A stretch of DNA of 64,000 nucleotides from Naegleria gruberi. Taxonomy: Eukaryota. The stretch lies in assembly GCA_000004985.1 (NCBI GenBank), contig GG738908.1. One strand, given 5' to 3'. Each line of letters begins with the position of its first letter. The stretch's first letter is position 1. The translations under genes were made by a program, and so were the position numbers. Positions 1-10,979 of this stretch are shown here, one piece after another. Below the pieces are notes generated by a model. It had not been told where the DNA came from and searched no databases. It saw only the letters and a program-made list of their open reading frames with translations.

Positions 1-3
1 GAC

Positions 4-1047
4 ATGGAAAAGGAACAACAAATATTACAAGAACAAATAGAACAAAAAAAGTTGAAACAACTAGAAATGGAAAGATTAGAAAGAAAAAGAATTACAAAAT
101 TAGAAATGGAAAGAATTGAAAAAGAACGTTTATTAAAAATAGAAAGAGAAAGAAAAGAATTTGAGAAAAAGCAACCATTCATAATCACATCTGAAACACT
201 TTCAAAATTATGTTCACTCAACCAACAAGTAGATAATAATAGAAGAAAAGTTGAAAAACAATTTGAATCAATTCAATCATTTTCTTCTTCTATTCAAATT
301 GAGAAAGAATTTCAAGATGAATATTTAAGAATTTGTGATAATTTAAATAATTGTTGTAATTTAATTGAAAAATTAACAAGTAATAATTATAATATTGAAA
401 ATAATGAACATTTGTCAACTATTAATAATTTAATGAATAATATTAGAACTATATTGGAATTTATTAATAATCAAAAATATTTATTTAAATTACAATCTTA
501 TTCAGAAGTATTAAATGAAAAATTAGAATTATTTAATGAATTTAATTCTCAATTTATTAAACAAGAATTATTTGACAATATTGAAATGAGTGAACAATCT
601 ATTAAGAATATAAAAAGTATTAATATTGTTCCAACTCATAATAAATTTGGAAATGAAACTAAAACAATATTACAACAAGTTACAAAACAATTATCAAATA
701 TTGTAAACTCTATCAATAATTGTAATGAAATTGATTTGACACAATTTTCAAATAATTTACAAAAAGCAATGGAATTATCAGAACAAGAAGAATTATATTT
801 AAATAATATATTGTCAAATTGTAAAATATTAATTTCAGACAATGATCAAATGAATATTTTACAATTATATAATTATTATCAAAAACAAGAATTAAATTGT
901 AAATTATTAATTCAAGAAACAATTCCATATATAATTGAAAAATATGAAATGTTACAAAATATTATAAATATTATGAATAATTATTCAAATTTATCTGAAC
1001 AATTTAAAACTATTCAAAGACAAAAAACAAGAATTNAAGAAATTTAA
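4..1047 (+). CDS. Coiled-coil and Asn/Ile-rich protein segment; probably the 5' part of the downstream PARP-domain gene, interrupted by an assembly gap, and it may start upstream of the window
   Basis: A 347-aa ORF with an N-terminal heptad-like charged repeat (LKQLEMERLERKRITKLEMERIEKERLL) followed by N/I-rich low complexity. It ends at a TAA 7 nt before the N-gap. The same coiled-coil style resumes after the gap. Confidence 0.45.
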   Translation: MEKEQQILQEQIEQKKLKQLEMERLERKRITKLEMERIEKERLLKIERERKEFEKKQPFIITSETLSKLCSLNQQVDNNRRKVEKQFESIQSFSSSIQIEKEFQDEYLRICDNLNNCCNLIEKLTSNNYNIENNEHLSTINNLMNNIRTILEFINNQKYLFKLQSYSEVLNEKLELFNEFNSQFIKQELFDNIEMSEQSIKNIKSINIVPTHNKFGNETKTILQQVTKQLSNIVNSINNCNEIDLTQFSNNLQKAMELSEQEELYLNNILSNCKILISDNDQMNILQLYNYYQKQELNCKLLIQETIPYIIEKYEMLQNIINIMNNYSNLSEQFKTIQRQKTRIXEI

Positions 1048-1053
1048 TTGTGA

Positions 1054-1103
1054 NNNNNNNNNNNNNNNNNNNNNNNNNNNNNNNNNNNNNNNNNNNNNNN
1101 NNN
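1054..1103. other. Assembly gap (50 N), plus a single N at 1036
   Basis: Run of n. Confidence 1.
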
Positions 1104-2036
1104 CATGAAAATTTGAAAATTGAAATTTTAAATCTAGAAAAGGAAAAGAAACAATTTTCAAATTCAAAGTCAAAGAAAAGTGAAGAAATTTCAAAGAAAT
1201 TACAAAATTTGAAACAAAAAGAAATTGAAATTGAGAAGATGGAAAAGGAAATTAAAGAATCAAAATCCAAACAATTAACAATTTCACTTCCAAGTTATTG
1301 GAAAAGAAACACATTCCAAACTTATTCGAAAAGATATTACATTATTGATGTTACACAATATTTAAAAGATACAATGCAAGAAATTATGAATGTATCGTGT
1401 AATTCTGCAACACTTGGATCTGGAAGAGATCAATTATTAAGAATTAATTATTCTAAATTAATTGTTTCAAGTGTTTCAAGAATTGAAAATTCAACACTTT
1501 TCACTTCATTCAAATCAAGAATGAATCATTTAATTTCATATCAAGATTCAATTAATTCACTTCAAGTTCAAACTGAAAATATTTCAAAAACATCAAAAAC
1601 ATTTGAATGGATGAAAACAATTGGATTAAATTCTAATATGAATGAAAAATATTTATGGCATGGAACAAAACCTGAATTTGTGAATACAATTGCAGAACAT
1701 GGATTTGATGAAAGAGTTGCAAATTTAAATGGATTATTTGGAGCAGGTATTTATTTTGCAGAATATTGTTCAAAGAGTGATCAATATTGTACACCTGATC
1801 ATTCAAATGAATATACTCTTTTATTATGTAGAGTTGTAATGGGAAGACAAATTCATTTCACAAAACAAGTGATGAATAATCAGAGAAGACCACCTGAAAT
1901 TTCAGGAAGTAATAATAGAGTTTATGATAGTGTTATTGGTCAATCAAATACTTCAACTAATTCATATAGAGAATTCATTGTCTATGATAAATGTCAATGT
2001 TATCCTGAATTTATTATTAAATACAAGAGACAATAA
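1104..2036 (+). CDS. PARP-family (mono-ADP-ribosyltransferase type) catalytic domain protein; C-terminal portion, with the 5' end inside the gap
   Basis: Translation gives YLWHGTKPEFVNTIAEHGFDE...GLFGAGIYFAEY...TLLLCRVVMGR...YDSVIG...REFIVYD..QCYPEFIIKYKRQ. This is the H-G-T / G-x-G-x-YFA / Y-P-E-(Y/F)-(L/I)-I signature of PARP catalytic domains (PARP10/14/15-like). It is preceded by a coiled-coil region. Stop is TAA at 2034-2036. Confidence 0.7.
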   Translation, partial: HENLKIEILNLEKEKKQFSNSKSKKSEEISKKLQNLKQKEIEIEKMEKEIKESKSKQLTISLPSYWKRNTFQTYSKRYYIIDVTQYLKDTMQEIMNVSCNSATLGSGRDQLLRINYSKLIVSSVSRIENSTLFTSFKSRMNHLISYQDSINSLQVQTENISKTSKTFEWMKTIGLNSNMNEKYLWHGTKPEFVNTIAEHGFDERVANLNGLFGAGIYFAEYCSKSDQYCTPDHSNEYTLLLCRVVMGRQIHFTKQVMNNQRRPPEISGSNNRVYDSVIGQSNTSTNSYREFIVYDKCQCYPEFIIKYKRQ

Positions 2037-2217
2037 GGAATCAATCAAAGAATTATTAATTTCACTTCACTCCCTGATGTGAGAGAATTACATCTCAACA
2101 CAAAATAAATATCAACAAATTTATAAAGTTATGGATCGTGAATTTGGTGAAAAGAATTAAGGAAGGCTGCAATTAGTTCTCTGATGGAGTAAAACTCTCC
2201 GTATGGAAGTACAACGC

Positions 2218-2239
2218 TTTGTTGTAATTTGACTTTAAA
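2218..2239 (+). repeat. Copy of the recurrent 3'-UTR motif TTTGTTGTAATT(C/T)GA...
   Basis: CTTTGTTGTAATTTGACTTTAAA, about 180 nt downstream of the PARP gene stop. Confidence 0.35.
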
Positions 2240-2671
2240 TTTCTACTAATTAATTGCATTGTAAAACTAATCGATCTCAAATAAATCCTACAAATAGGAT
2301 GAATCAGATTCGAATTGAGGGTGTTGAAGACGTTCCTGATTACAGTTTCAGTGAAATTTCAATCAAAACATTTCGTTGCTGATTAGGAAATGCTTTTCTT
2401 AGTCATTTCGAATATTTCTTTACTAATGGCCAATGAAAGAAACACAACAGAAGTAGGAGAAACAAAGTACTACCCAAGAGGTGGTATCTTTAAGCCATCA
2501 ACGTAATATCCGACTTTACCCGCTCTTGATGGGATGAAAGTAAGAAAAAATGTCGAAACGAAATGAGACGAAACTCTCGCTCATTCAACACAACAAATCA
2601 TCAGACGAAACTTATCAAGTTCATATAAAATCATCATCAACGGAGAAAGGAAACATTTCAAGATTTTTCTT

Positions 2672-4669
2672 TTGGATTCGGAAGAAATTAATTCGAATAA
2701 GAAAATTTGGATTTCGTTTATAATAGTTTCGATTATGTTCGGAGGATTAGTTTTATTATTAATGAATGATTCATTCATTACGAACGGATCAGATTTTATT
2801 CGAAAGGATTCGTTTGAAATTTCTACATCCAATCACGAACTGAAATTAATAGAAATTTATTCCAATACCACTTCTTCTACTGAAATACGAAACGATTCAT
2901 CAATTTGTCATCCAATTTTATTAGAAATGGGAGCCGAAAGTTCTTTAGGTCTTTGTGATGATCAAGTTTCGTCCAAAACCATCGCAGCAATCTTTCTCTT
3001 TGCCCACACCATCCTCGTTATTGTCACTCTCTCTGGCCTTCTCTACAAATTATGGAAATTACGAAACGACATTTCGAATAGAGAAGCCAACTTTCTAACC
3101 ATTACCAGAAATCCACTTTTAATGACATTAGGCTCCTTAATTGGATGGAGCTATAGTCTTGTAATGATGGGAAGAGTACTCATTGGACGAAAGGTTTATC
3201 CATGTTTCTTATTCATGTTTGTTTTCTATATGGCAGTTCCTGGATTGGCAAGTACGATCATTATCAGATGTTTGAGATTGATAATTTTATCGAGGATGAA
3301 TGAATTGAAAGTCAAGATTGGGAATAGAGAGATGAAGAGTGTGCCGAATCAAGTGAATGATAAATTGGAAAGGAAATATTCGAATGTTGTTGTGGATGGT
3401 GGAGTGGTGGTTGAAAGTGAATTGAAAGTTGTGAGCTCTGTAACGAGTACGAGTACTCAGCAAGATGCAATTAATTCTTCTCTTGACAATGTGTCAGAAA
3501 GTGAGAGTGCTTGCACAATTTCAGCAATTCCACCAAGTATAGAGCCACAATCAATGAATATTACATTGGAAGATTCTGTGAGTGTAAATCAACCTGGATA
3601 TTCGAAATGGGAATCATTTGAAAGAAGATGGCTCATGAAAATGTACAAATTTCTAATTAGTTCCAAATTCATAGCCATCTGGTATGCATCCATTGCAATT
3701 ATACATATTGGAATTTACATTATCATTGGAGCATTTGATTATTTCAATTTCGAGAATGGTGTTAACAATTTTTCCATTGAAGAACGACGATCCATGTCAT
3801 TTGTGTACGATACTCGAATTTTCTCAGTTGGAGGATGTGGAATTAGTTTCAATTCAGTTTTAATTTTTGTCATTTATTTGGCAGTTTATGGAATTGTGGC
3901 CATTGTCATGTCCATTTATAGTTTTCTGGTCAAGAAGGATATTTGGAAAGTTAAAACAGAGCTCATCCTCATTACACTCAATTGGTTAATCTTTTCAATT
4001 CTGTACGGAGTTTTTTCAATCATTGAAGTGTTGAGCATTCTCGTTGATTATTTCTTTCCAACAGTTGCTTTTATTTTACTGGCATGTGTCATTGACACGT
4101 TTGTTTCATGCACCATTCCAGTATTTTTCTATCAACGTTCCAAGAACTCTAAAGTAGCCAACACTCGACAAGTTTCCACCTCCAACATGCTTTCTAAAAT
4201 ACTATTTGATAAGAAATGGAATGAGGAATTCTTAATCTTTTCAGAGAAGAGTTATTGTCCAGAAAATTTAATGTGTTGGAATTCTATTGAGATTTTTAGA
4301 GAATCTTCTGAGAAATTGAGAAGGAAACATATAATTAGTATTCTGGAAACTTATTTATTGGAAGGATCTCCTTTGGAACTCAATGTTCAACGTCAAATAT
4401 TTAATAATTTTGAAAATATCACGTCAATTGTCAGATCAATCAAAGCTCAAGAAGCAGAATTGAAACGCTTAGCAGAGGAGAATAATAAGGTTGTGGGAAC
4501 AGCTGTGGTAGCTCTGCAACGTAGAAAGTCAATGAAAATCATTCAAATTCCAACAAATTTATTCGATTCCATTCAGAAACATTGTGAAATTAATATGGCT
4601 GATTGTTTTGATAGATTTTATGTGCAACATTGGCAGAAATTATGCATGGAATTGGATGTAGAGGAGTGA
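2672..4669 (+). CDS. Seven-transmembrane receptor with a C-terminal RGS (regulator of G-protein signalling) domain
   Basis: A 665-aa ORF. It has about 7-8 hydrophobic helices, an extracellular Cys-containing N-terminal region and a Ser/Thr-rich loop. The C-terminus reads KKWNEEFLIFSEKSYCPENLMCWNSIEIF...ILETYLLEGSPLELNVQ, which is RGS-domain-like (F..F...E.S.ENL.FW..VE.F ... GSP.E.N). The ORF has no upstream in-frame ATG. An A-rich-context ATG at 2550 is in another frame, so the true start is uncertain. Confidence 0.7.
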   Translation: MDSEEINSNKKIWISFIIVSIMFGGLVLLLMNDSFITNGSDFIRKDSFEISTSNHELKLIEIYSNTTSSTEIRNDSSICHPILLEMGAESSLGLCDDQVSSKTIAAIFLFAHTILVIVTLSGLLYKLWKLRNDISNREANFLTITRNPLLMTLGSLIGWSYSLVMMGRVLIGRKVYPCFLFMFVFYMAVPGLASTIIIRCLRLIILSRMNELKVKIGNREMKSVPNQVNDKLERKYSNVVVDGGVVVESELKVVSSVTSTSTQQDAINSSLDNVSESESACTISAIPPSIEPQSMNITLEDSVSVNQPGYSKWESFERRWLMKMYKFLISSKFIAIWYASIAIIHIGIYIIIGAFDYFNFENGVNNFSIEERRSMSFVYDTRIFSVGGCGISFNSVLIFVIYLAVYGIVAIVMSIYSFLVKKDIWKVKTELILITLNWLIFSILYGVFSIIEVLSILVDYFFPTVAFILLACVIDTFVSCTIPVFFYQRSKNSKVANTRQVSTSNMLSKILFDKKWNEEFLIFSEKSYCPENLMCWNSIEIFRESSEKLRRKHIISILETYLLEGSPLELNVQRQIFNNFENITSIVRSIKAQEAELKRLAEENNKVVGTAVVALQRRKSMKIIQIPTNLFDSIQKHCEINMADCFDRFYVQHWQKLCMELDVEE

Positions 4670-4835
4670 GGAGGAGAGGACTAGAGTTTGTTTTTATGAA
4701 TTACCCCATTAAGATGACTTGTGGCCATAGCTGTCACTTGTCCATATTTGTAATTTATTAATATGCACTTTGCGAAGACGAACGAAGAATAAGGTGGAAG
4801 ATCTGATGCGCCAAGTCCGTCAAAATATTGAAAAA

Positions 4836-6758
4836 AATGCCCAACTGCCATTCACTTGGCAGCTGCCACACGTCACTTGACATTCAAAAACCAAAAACAA
4901 GATTTTTCATCTCTCTATCTCTTCTCATCATGATGACGATGAATTTTCCAACAAACGCATCAATTTTGAATACAACCATCATCAACACTGAATTACGAAA
5001 TGATTCGTCAGTTTGTCATCCAATTTTATTAGAAATGGGAGCCGAAAGTCAGTACGGATTATGTGATGACCAAACACCTTCAAAAGCACTTGCTGGAATC
5101 TTTCTCGGATTGCACACAATTTTGGAAATAGTTTCGTTTATTGGACTTTCGTATAAATTATGGAAAGTAAAAAGGTCAACCAGCAATGAAGCCAATTTTC
5201 TGACCATTACCAGAAATCCACTTCTCATGATTTTGGGCTCATTGGTCGGATATATCTATAGCATTATCATGATGGTTAGAATTTTAATTGGACGAAAGAT
5301 TTTTCCATGTTTCTTATTCATGTTTTGTTTTTATATGGCAGTTCCAGGATTGGCAAGTACGATCATTGTCAGATGTTTGAGAACTATTACATTATCGAGG
5401 ATGAATGAATTGAAAATCAAGATTGGTAATCGAGAAATGAAAGATTTGAAAAATGTCGAGTTGAGTGTGATGAGTTCTGTACAGATTGATGCAGTTTCGT
5501 CTAGTACGGAAACTTCTGAGAGTAATGTTTCACAAACTAATGTTTCATTTTCGGTTGAAAGTAATGCTACTGGATCACATTCTGGAACTTTGGAAAGTGG
5601 AAATCAAATGGTCAACCAGCAAGTTACTTTGGAAGATTCTGTCAGTGTGAATCAACCAGGAATTACCAAATGGGAGAATTTTGAAAAGAAGGTCTTGATG
5701 AAGGTTTACAAATTCCTGATCAGTACCAAATTTGTAGTATTGTGGTATTCAATGATTGCCATCGTTCACATTGGAATTTATATCATTATTGGCGCAGTTG
5801 ACTATGTGAATTATGATAAGAATATTGCACTTTCGTATGCTGAAAAAAAGTCCTCGTCCTTTGTTTACGATACCAGAATATTCACAACCAATGGATGTGG
5901 TATCAGTTTCAATAGTGTTCTCATTATTATTGCCTATTTGGTGTTTTATGGAAGTTTTGCAATTGTGATTATTGGATATAGTTTTTTAATTAAGAGAGAT
6001 ATTTGGAGAGTCAAGATTGAGTTGTATATTATTGTGATTTGTTGGATTTTATTGATTATTCTGTATGCTGTCTTTTCAGTTATTGACATTTTGAGTACCT
6101 TGTAAGTAATATAGTAGTAGTAGTAGAATGATTAACATTTGACAGGGTTGATTATTATTTTCCAACCTTTTTGTTTATTTTGATTGGCTGTATGATTGAT
6201 ACATTCATGAGCGTGACAGTTCCTGTCTTTTTCTATCAAAAGGCAACAATAGATAATAGATATTCTCAATCTTCTAGAACTAACATACTTGTCAAGTGTC
6301 TATTCAATAAGAAGTGGAATGATGAATTTTTACTCTTCTCTGAAAAGAGCTATTGTCCAGAAAATTTGATGTGTTGGAATGCCGTTGAGCAATTTAAGAG
6401 AGCTCCTGAAAAACTGAGAAGAAAACTCATTAAGGTCATTATGGAGACCTATCTTATCGAAGGTTCTCCACTCGAACTCAATATTCAACGAAATATGTTC
6501 AATAATTTTGAAGATATTTCAGCCATCACTGATTCTATTAAGAGACAAGAGAATGAAATGAAAAGACTTGTCGCAGAGAATAATATCGTGGTTGGAACGA
6601 TCAAAAAGAGAAGATCTATGAAAATGATTTCAATTCAACCAAATATTTTGGATAGAGTTCAGAAACAATGTGAAGTGAACATGGTTGACTGTTTTGATAG
6701 ATTTTATATTCAGTATTGGCAAGATATGTGTAAAGATTTGGAATCTGATGAGAATTAA
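4836..6758 (+). CDS. Seven-transmembrane RGS-domain receptor, tandem paralog of the upstream gene; 2 exons
   Basis: CDS join(4836..6101,6146..6758). Intron 6102-6145 is GTAAGT...TTGACAG, and splicing restores ...ILSTL|VDYYFPT, matching the uninterrupted ILVDYFFPT of the paralog. It shares NDSS(V/I)CHPILLEMGAES, LTITRNPLLM, CFLFMF.FYMAVPGLASTII.RCLR and the RGS region KKWNDEFLLFSEKSYCPENLMCWNAVEQF. Confidence 0.75.
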
Positions 6759-7063
6759 TGTTGTGATGAAATATGAAGAGGAAAATAGGATTTAAAATTT
6801 GGTGAAAATACGTTCGAAGTGATTGACAAGCTAACGAGCTCCAAATATTTATTTGAAATATAAGGTAATTGAATTACATCATTGGCTTGTGGTCTTTCTG
6901 TGGAATTCTTATTCAAAATGAGAGAACAATTTAATTAATTCTTTCGAATAGAGGTTAGGTTCTTCCATTCTTTCAGTAAGCCATTGTTGAACGTGTTCTG
7001 GATCTTTGGTAAGATATTGTTCACTAGTAGAGACAAAAATAAATAAAAATATTTTTATACCTT

Positions 7064-10000
7064 TTACATATTTGTTTCATGATCATCTAGCCATTGATAA
7101 TTGAGTTCCTTTTCCTGTTCCATAATTTGAATCATTTCGGTACTGCTGATTCTTCCATTCTCTCCAGCAGAAGATCTTCCACTTCTTCTGTACATTTCCA
7201 AATCAATTAAATAGCATTGCAATACTGTATCAATAACAGTTTGGAAAATTGTAATAAACAATGAGCTGACAAGTACACTCATAGCAAAAACAATAACCAG
7301 CAACATAAAGCTATGATTCACATCAAGCCATTCCTTTCCTGAAAAGACAATTTCAAACAAGCCATAATTACCTTGTTCATTGTAGGCATTGGTTATCTTT
7401 CCAACAACACTTGTGAATTCCTCAAGTGATTTATCTTGGGCATGAATGATAATATAAGCCACAGCAACACTAATAATGGCGACTAACATTTTCATACAAA
7501 ACATGATCCAATCGGTAATCCATTCCAGAACTGCAATAAATGTAATATTCTTACGCATCAGCTTGGTAGAACTGAGTGAGGAGTGGAAGAATGTTGTACC
7601 AAAAATGGCACAGTGAATCAAACTGTTTCTAGCAAAGAATTCCATGAATTTTTCAATGTACTTGAGAATAACAAATAGAATTCTATGGATAAATCTTGTT
7701 AAGAAATTATTTCTAAAATTGTTAATAAATCTAACAATAAAGAATTGACTCTCAACTGCTTGTTCAACAGTGCTCTTTTCACTTTGATATCCCATCAAGG
7801 AAAGGGATGTCTTGATAACCAGTATCAAATATTTCACAAGTCCAACAAATAAACTAGCAAGTGCAATACTTCCTGCATTGTAGTACATGACAAATAATGA
7901 AGCTTGAAGAACTGGAAGCTTTAGACACATGAGCGTCTTTTCATAGCTGTCAAATATTGCAGAGCTTGATTCACCTCTTCTTGCTGCTGTTATAGTTCCA
8001 GAAACGTTTCCAAACTTGAAATAGAAGGTAGAGGTAACACGAGCAACAACAATAGTAACAAAACTCAACAAGAATTGAGTAATCCAGAAGAAACCAAGCA
8101 AGTAGTATGCAAACCATCCTTTCAAGAGATGGGACTGCAAAGTTAAAATAAAGCTTGTTGGATTGGAGAGTGATTGCATCTTTTCAGTAAGGGTATTACC
8201 TGTGGCAATATTACTTGTAACTTTTCCAGCCAAAGATGAAGCATCTGTAATTCCAGCGGCTGTCAGTTCATTGGTGAGCAAGAGGGCAACAACACAGAAC
8301 CACCAAACACAGAAAATAATGCCTCCAATAAAGATTGCAATAGGCAGTACTGTAAACATTTGAGGCACTGTCGTAATAATCATGGCACTCTCCTTAATGA
8401 TAGAAACTGATCTGGATAATGTCTTTTTCCAATAATTCCAGAAAATAAATGTGAACAACAAATTTGTAAAGAGTAAGAATAAACCACTGCCCAAGTAGAG
8501 AGAATTTTCCCAAGTTAAATCAGCAATAGTGGAAGAGAATTTCTGGGACCATCTTGATGAGCCAGATACATTGAAATGTAGATCAGATCCTCCTTCAACA
8601 AGTAACATGATGGACAAGGAGAACCATGCAAGAATGAGTAGGGCAACGGTACCATAAATCAAAGGCTTGGCCAATACCCTCAACAAGACAACTGTAATAA
8701 ATGATACAGCAGCAGTAATTGTAACTGAGATGAGAATAATTTTCCAACTATTATACAACATGGTAACACTCTTAATGATAAACTTTTCCAAGAAGGAAGG
8801 CATCAAACCAGATAATTCTTGAATATTAATTTCCTTTCCAATATTTGAAATGGTTGGTAAATTATCAATATAAGGACCAATAGTTGCACTGAAATATGAA
8901 GCAGGTGATATAGTAGTAATATGTCGTATCAAATTGGAGAGGGCTGACTTTTGTTGTTCAAACATTTCTTCAGTCATTTCGAAACCTGAAATTGTTTGAA
9001 GACTGGACTTGGTATTCAAATTGTTTTGCAATTTAGCCAAATTAGCTGCTTGTTCAAAGAATGCAAATGAAGACGGTGTAGGAATGCAACGTCCCATCAC
9101 TGAAAAGTAGGTTTGATCTTGAGGAACTTCGAAATAGACAGGTTCTGCTTTCTTTTCCTTGGAGAGGAAGAAACGTTTAGCAGCACACAAGTTCTTCTTT
9201 TTGATAATGACTTTGGTGACATTTTCTGTAATGGTTTCATTTCCTACAATCTTTTTAACTTGTTCGGTAATTTCAGTCTTATCGAACCAGGTTTTTCTCA
9301 AGGAGAGAGGGCATTCATCCGATACAAATGACAAACTTTCTGTTGATTGAGATGAGAATTCATCACGAACATCAAGGTCCTTATTGTTCAAATTCTTTGA
9401 ATTATCAATAGTCTTGACAGCACTTGGGCAACTCTCCACACAAATACCTCCATGTTTAATCCAAGTTTCAAATGGTACTGTTGATTTGGCAAGGTCATAC
9501 TTTTCCTTTCCAAAGAATGCATCCTTTTCATTCATAATCCACAAATATTTACGTGATGAAAGATCTTCCTTCCAATAGTTTTTATCAACCATAGAATCAG
9601 CAAATTGAAGTGCTCTATTTTGAATAGATAAACTATCGAGAGATCCATCATCTTTAGAATAATCAACACCACAAGCTCTTCCCAAATAATCAATCGGATA
9701 GAAGAAACGTGTCATTTCCCTCTTTGATGGAATAAAGTAATTAAAGAATGAAATATTGTCGTCTAATGATGATGGATTGTTGTTGTTACTATTTACAGAG
9801 GAAGTAAGAAGGTCGGCAACACTGGCTTTTAAAAGATTCATCTCTGCCCCTTGATTATGTTCCTTCAATTGTGCTGAAATGTACTCTCTTCTCTTTACTA
9901 TAGCCTCCAAAGCAATAGCAATCATACCAATACAGAAGAGGATAAACACAATAAGGAAGAGAATATCTCTACATGGACGATTTTGATGGAATTCATAAGT

Positions 10001-10336
10001 GTACTTTTTAACGAGGAGACTATTACTCTTTCTATTGTTATTACCAAGAAGTGATTCTTCATCAGAGTCTGAATCAAAGTCTAGTGATGGTTTAGGAATG
10101 GTAGCAGAAGGTCTTCCGCCATTGTTATTATTATGAGATGATGTGTTATTGTTATTATTTGCAGAGTTTGTAGTTTTGTTAGTTGTATGATTGTTATTAG
10201 TTGAAGTTTGTTGTTGTTGGTTTGTTTGATTAATCTTTGTATTGACCAATTCAACTTCCCTCGATAGATATTCTAACAACTCTTCTGGAGAAGGAGTTGG
10301 ATATAAATTGTTATTATTATTGCCTTGTTGACTCAT
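7064..10336 (-). CDS. Choline transporter-like (CTL / SLC44 family) multi-pass membrane protein
   Basis: An intronless 1090-aa ORF. It has an Asn-rich N-terminus, one TM helix, a large Cys-containing extracellular domain and then about 9 TM helices. The C-terminal region KYIEKFMEFFARNSLIHCAIFGTTFF...LMRKNI...VIDTVLQCYLIDLE matches the CTL family conserved block (KF..F.NRNAYI..AIYG..F..SA......RN ... C.DT.F.C.LEDLE). Confidence 0.8.
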   Translation of the reverse strand: MSQQGNNNNNLYPTPSPEELLEYLSREVELVNTKINQTNQQQQTSTNNNHTTNKTTNSANNNNNTSSHNNNNGGRPSATIPKPSLDFDSDSDEESLLGNNNRKSNSLLVKKYTYEFHQNRPCRDILFLIVFILFCIGMIAIALEAIVKRREYISAQLKEHNQGAEMNLLKASVADLLTSSVNSNNNNPSSLDDNISFFNYFIPSKREMTRFFYPIDYLGRACGVDYSKDDGSLDSLSIQNRALQFADSMVDKNYWKEDLSSRKYLWIMNEKDAFFGKEKYDLAKSTVPFETWIKHGGICVESCPSAVKTIDNSKNLNNKDLDVRDEFSSQSTESLSFVSDECPLSLRKTWFDKTEITEQVKKIVGNETITENVTKVIIKKKNLCAAKRFFLSKEKKAEPVYFEVPQDQTYFSVMGRCIPTPSSFAFFEQAANLAKLQNNLNTKSSLQTISGFEMTEEMFEQQKSALSNLIRHITTISPASYFSATIGPYIDNLPTISNIGKEINIQELSGLMPSFLEKFIIKSVTMLYNSWKIILISVTITAAVSFITVVLLRVLAKPLIYGTVALLILAWFSLSIMLLVEGGSDLHFNVSGSSRWSQKFSSTIADLTWENSLYLGSGLFLLFTNLLFTFIFWNYWKKTLSRSVSIIKESAMIITTVPQMFTVLPIAIFIGGIIFCVWWFCVVALLLTNELTAAGITDASSLAGKVTSNIATGNTLTEKMQSLSNPTSFILTLQSHLLKGWFAYYLLGFFWITQFLLSFVTIVVARVTSTFYFKFGNVSGTITAARRGESSSAIFDSYEKTLMCLKLPVLQASLFVMYYNAGSIALASLFVGLVKYLILVIKTSLSLMGYQSEKSTVEQAVESQFFIVRFINNFRNNFLTRFIHRILFVILKYIEKFMEFFARNSLIHCAIFGTTFFHSSLSSTKLMRKNITFIAVLEWITDWIMFCMKMLVAIISVAVAYIIIHAQDKSLEEFTSVVGKITNAYNEQGNYGLFEIVFSGKEWLDVNHSFMLLVIVFAMSVLVSSLFITIFQTVIDTVLQCYLIDLEMYRRSGRSSAGENGRISSTEMIQIMEQEKELNYQWLDDHETNM

Positions 10337-10979
10337 ATTATATAATTATTATTATTTACAAAGTAATATGTACAGATTCATAAATTTACAAATTGTAGCT
10401 TCTTGTTGAAATCTTCTCAGAGTACAAGTCTTTGCTTATTATTATTTAGCTTGTTGAAGAAGAGGTCAAACCAGCTTGGTCCACGTTTGTTGTACAATTT
10501 TGATGAAGATAATCGGAACGCTGGAGAGATGATGAACAATGAAGAAGGCAAATTTTATTAAAAATAAAAAAAATAACGTGATGATGTTGTTCTATTAATA
10601 AAACATTCTATTTTTTGCTTTGGTATGAAGTTTGATGATGAAAATTTAAAAAGATTACATTAGTGTTTTTGTTTCCGGAATAATAATATTTATTTGAATC
10701 TTATTGTGAGTCTATTTAATGATTAATATTGAATTTTTGTAGACAAAAGATTAAGAATGGCATATTTGTGATATTCTTAGTTAAATATTGCTTTGTTAGG
10801 TATCTGGTCGAGTATTCTCTTTTCTTTGGAATATTGGGACCAGTTGGAGGTATCATATTTTCCTGATGGATTAACTTTTTTCAATCCAAAATGAAATTTT
10901 GATTTGTACAATTTACTTTTTTATAATTATTCTAGCTCAAATTAGTAATTTGGTTGATGACACATTAATGGTAAATAGA

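Noticed and set aside
636-928. Short antisense or overlapping ORFs inside larger genes (for example 636-842, 713-928, 8163-8363, 9113-9578, 13667-13876, 14010-14381, 39298-39930)
   Set aside because: They lie opposite or inside well-supported long ORFs. In AT-rich, low-complexity coding sequence such shadow ORFs are expected, and none shows a recognisable motif.
2040-2670. GC-richer, ORF-poor 630 bp between the PARP gene and the first 7TM-RGS gene, considered as a possible ncRNA
   Set aside because: I found no recognisable RNA family structure such as a tRNA-like arm, snRNA box or rRNA match. It more likely holds UTRs and the promoter plus the out-of-frame candidate start exon of the downstream gene.
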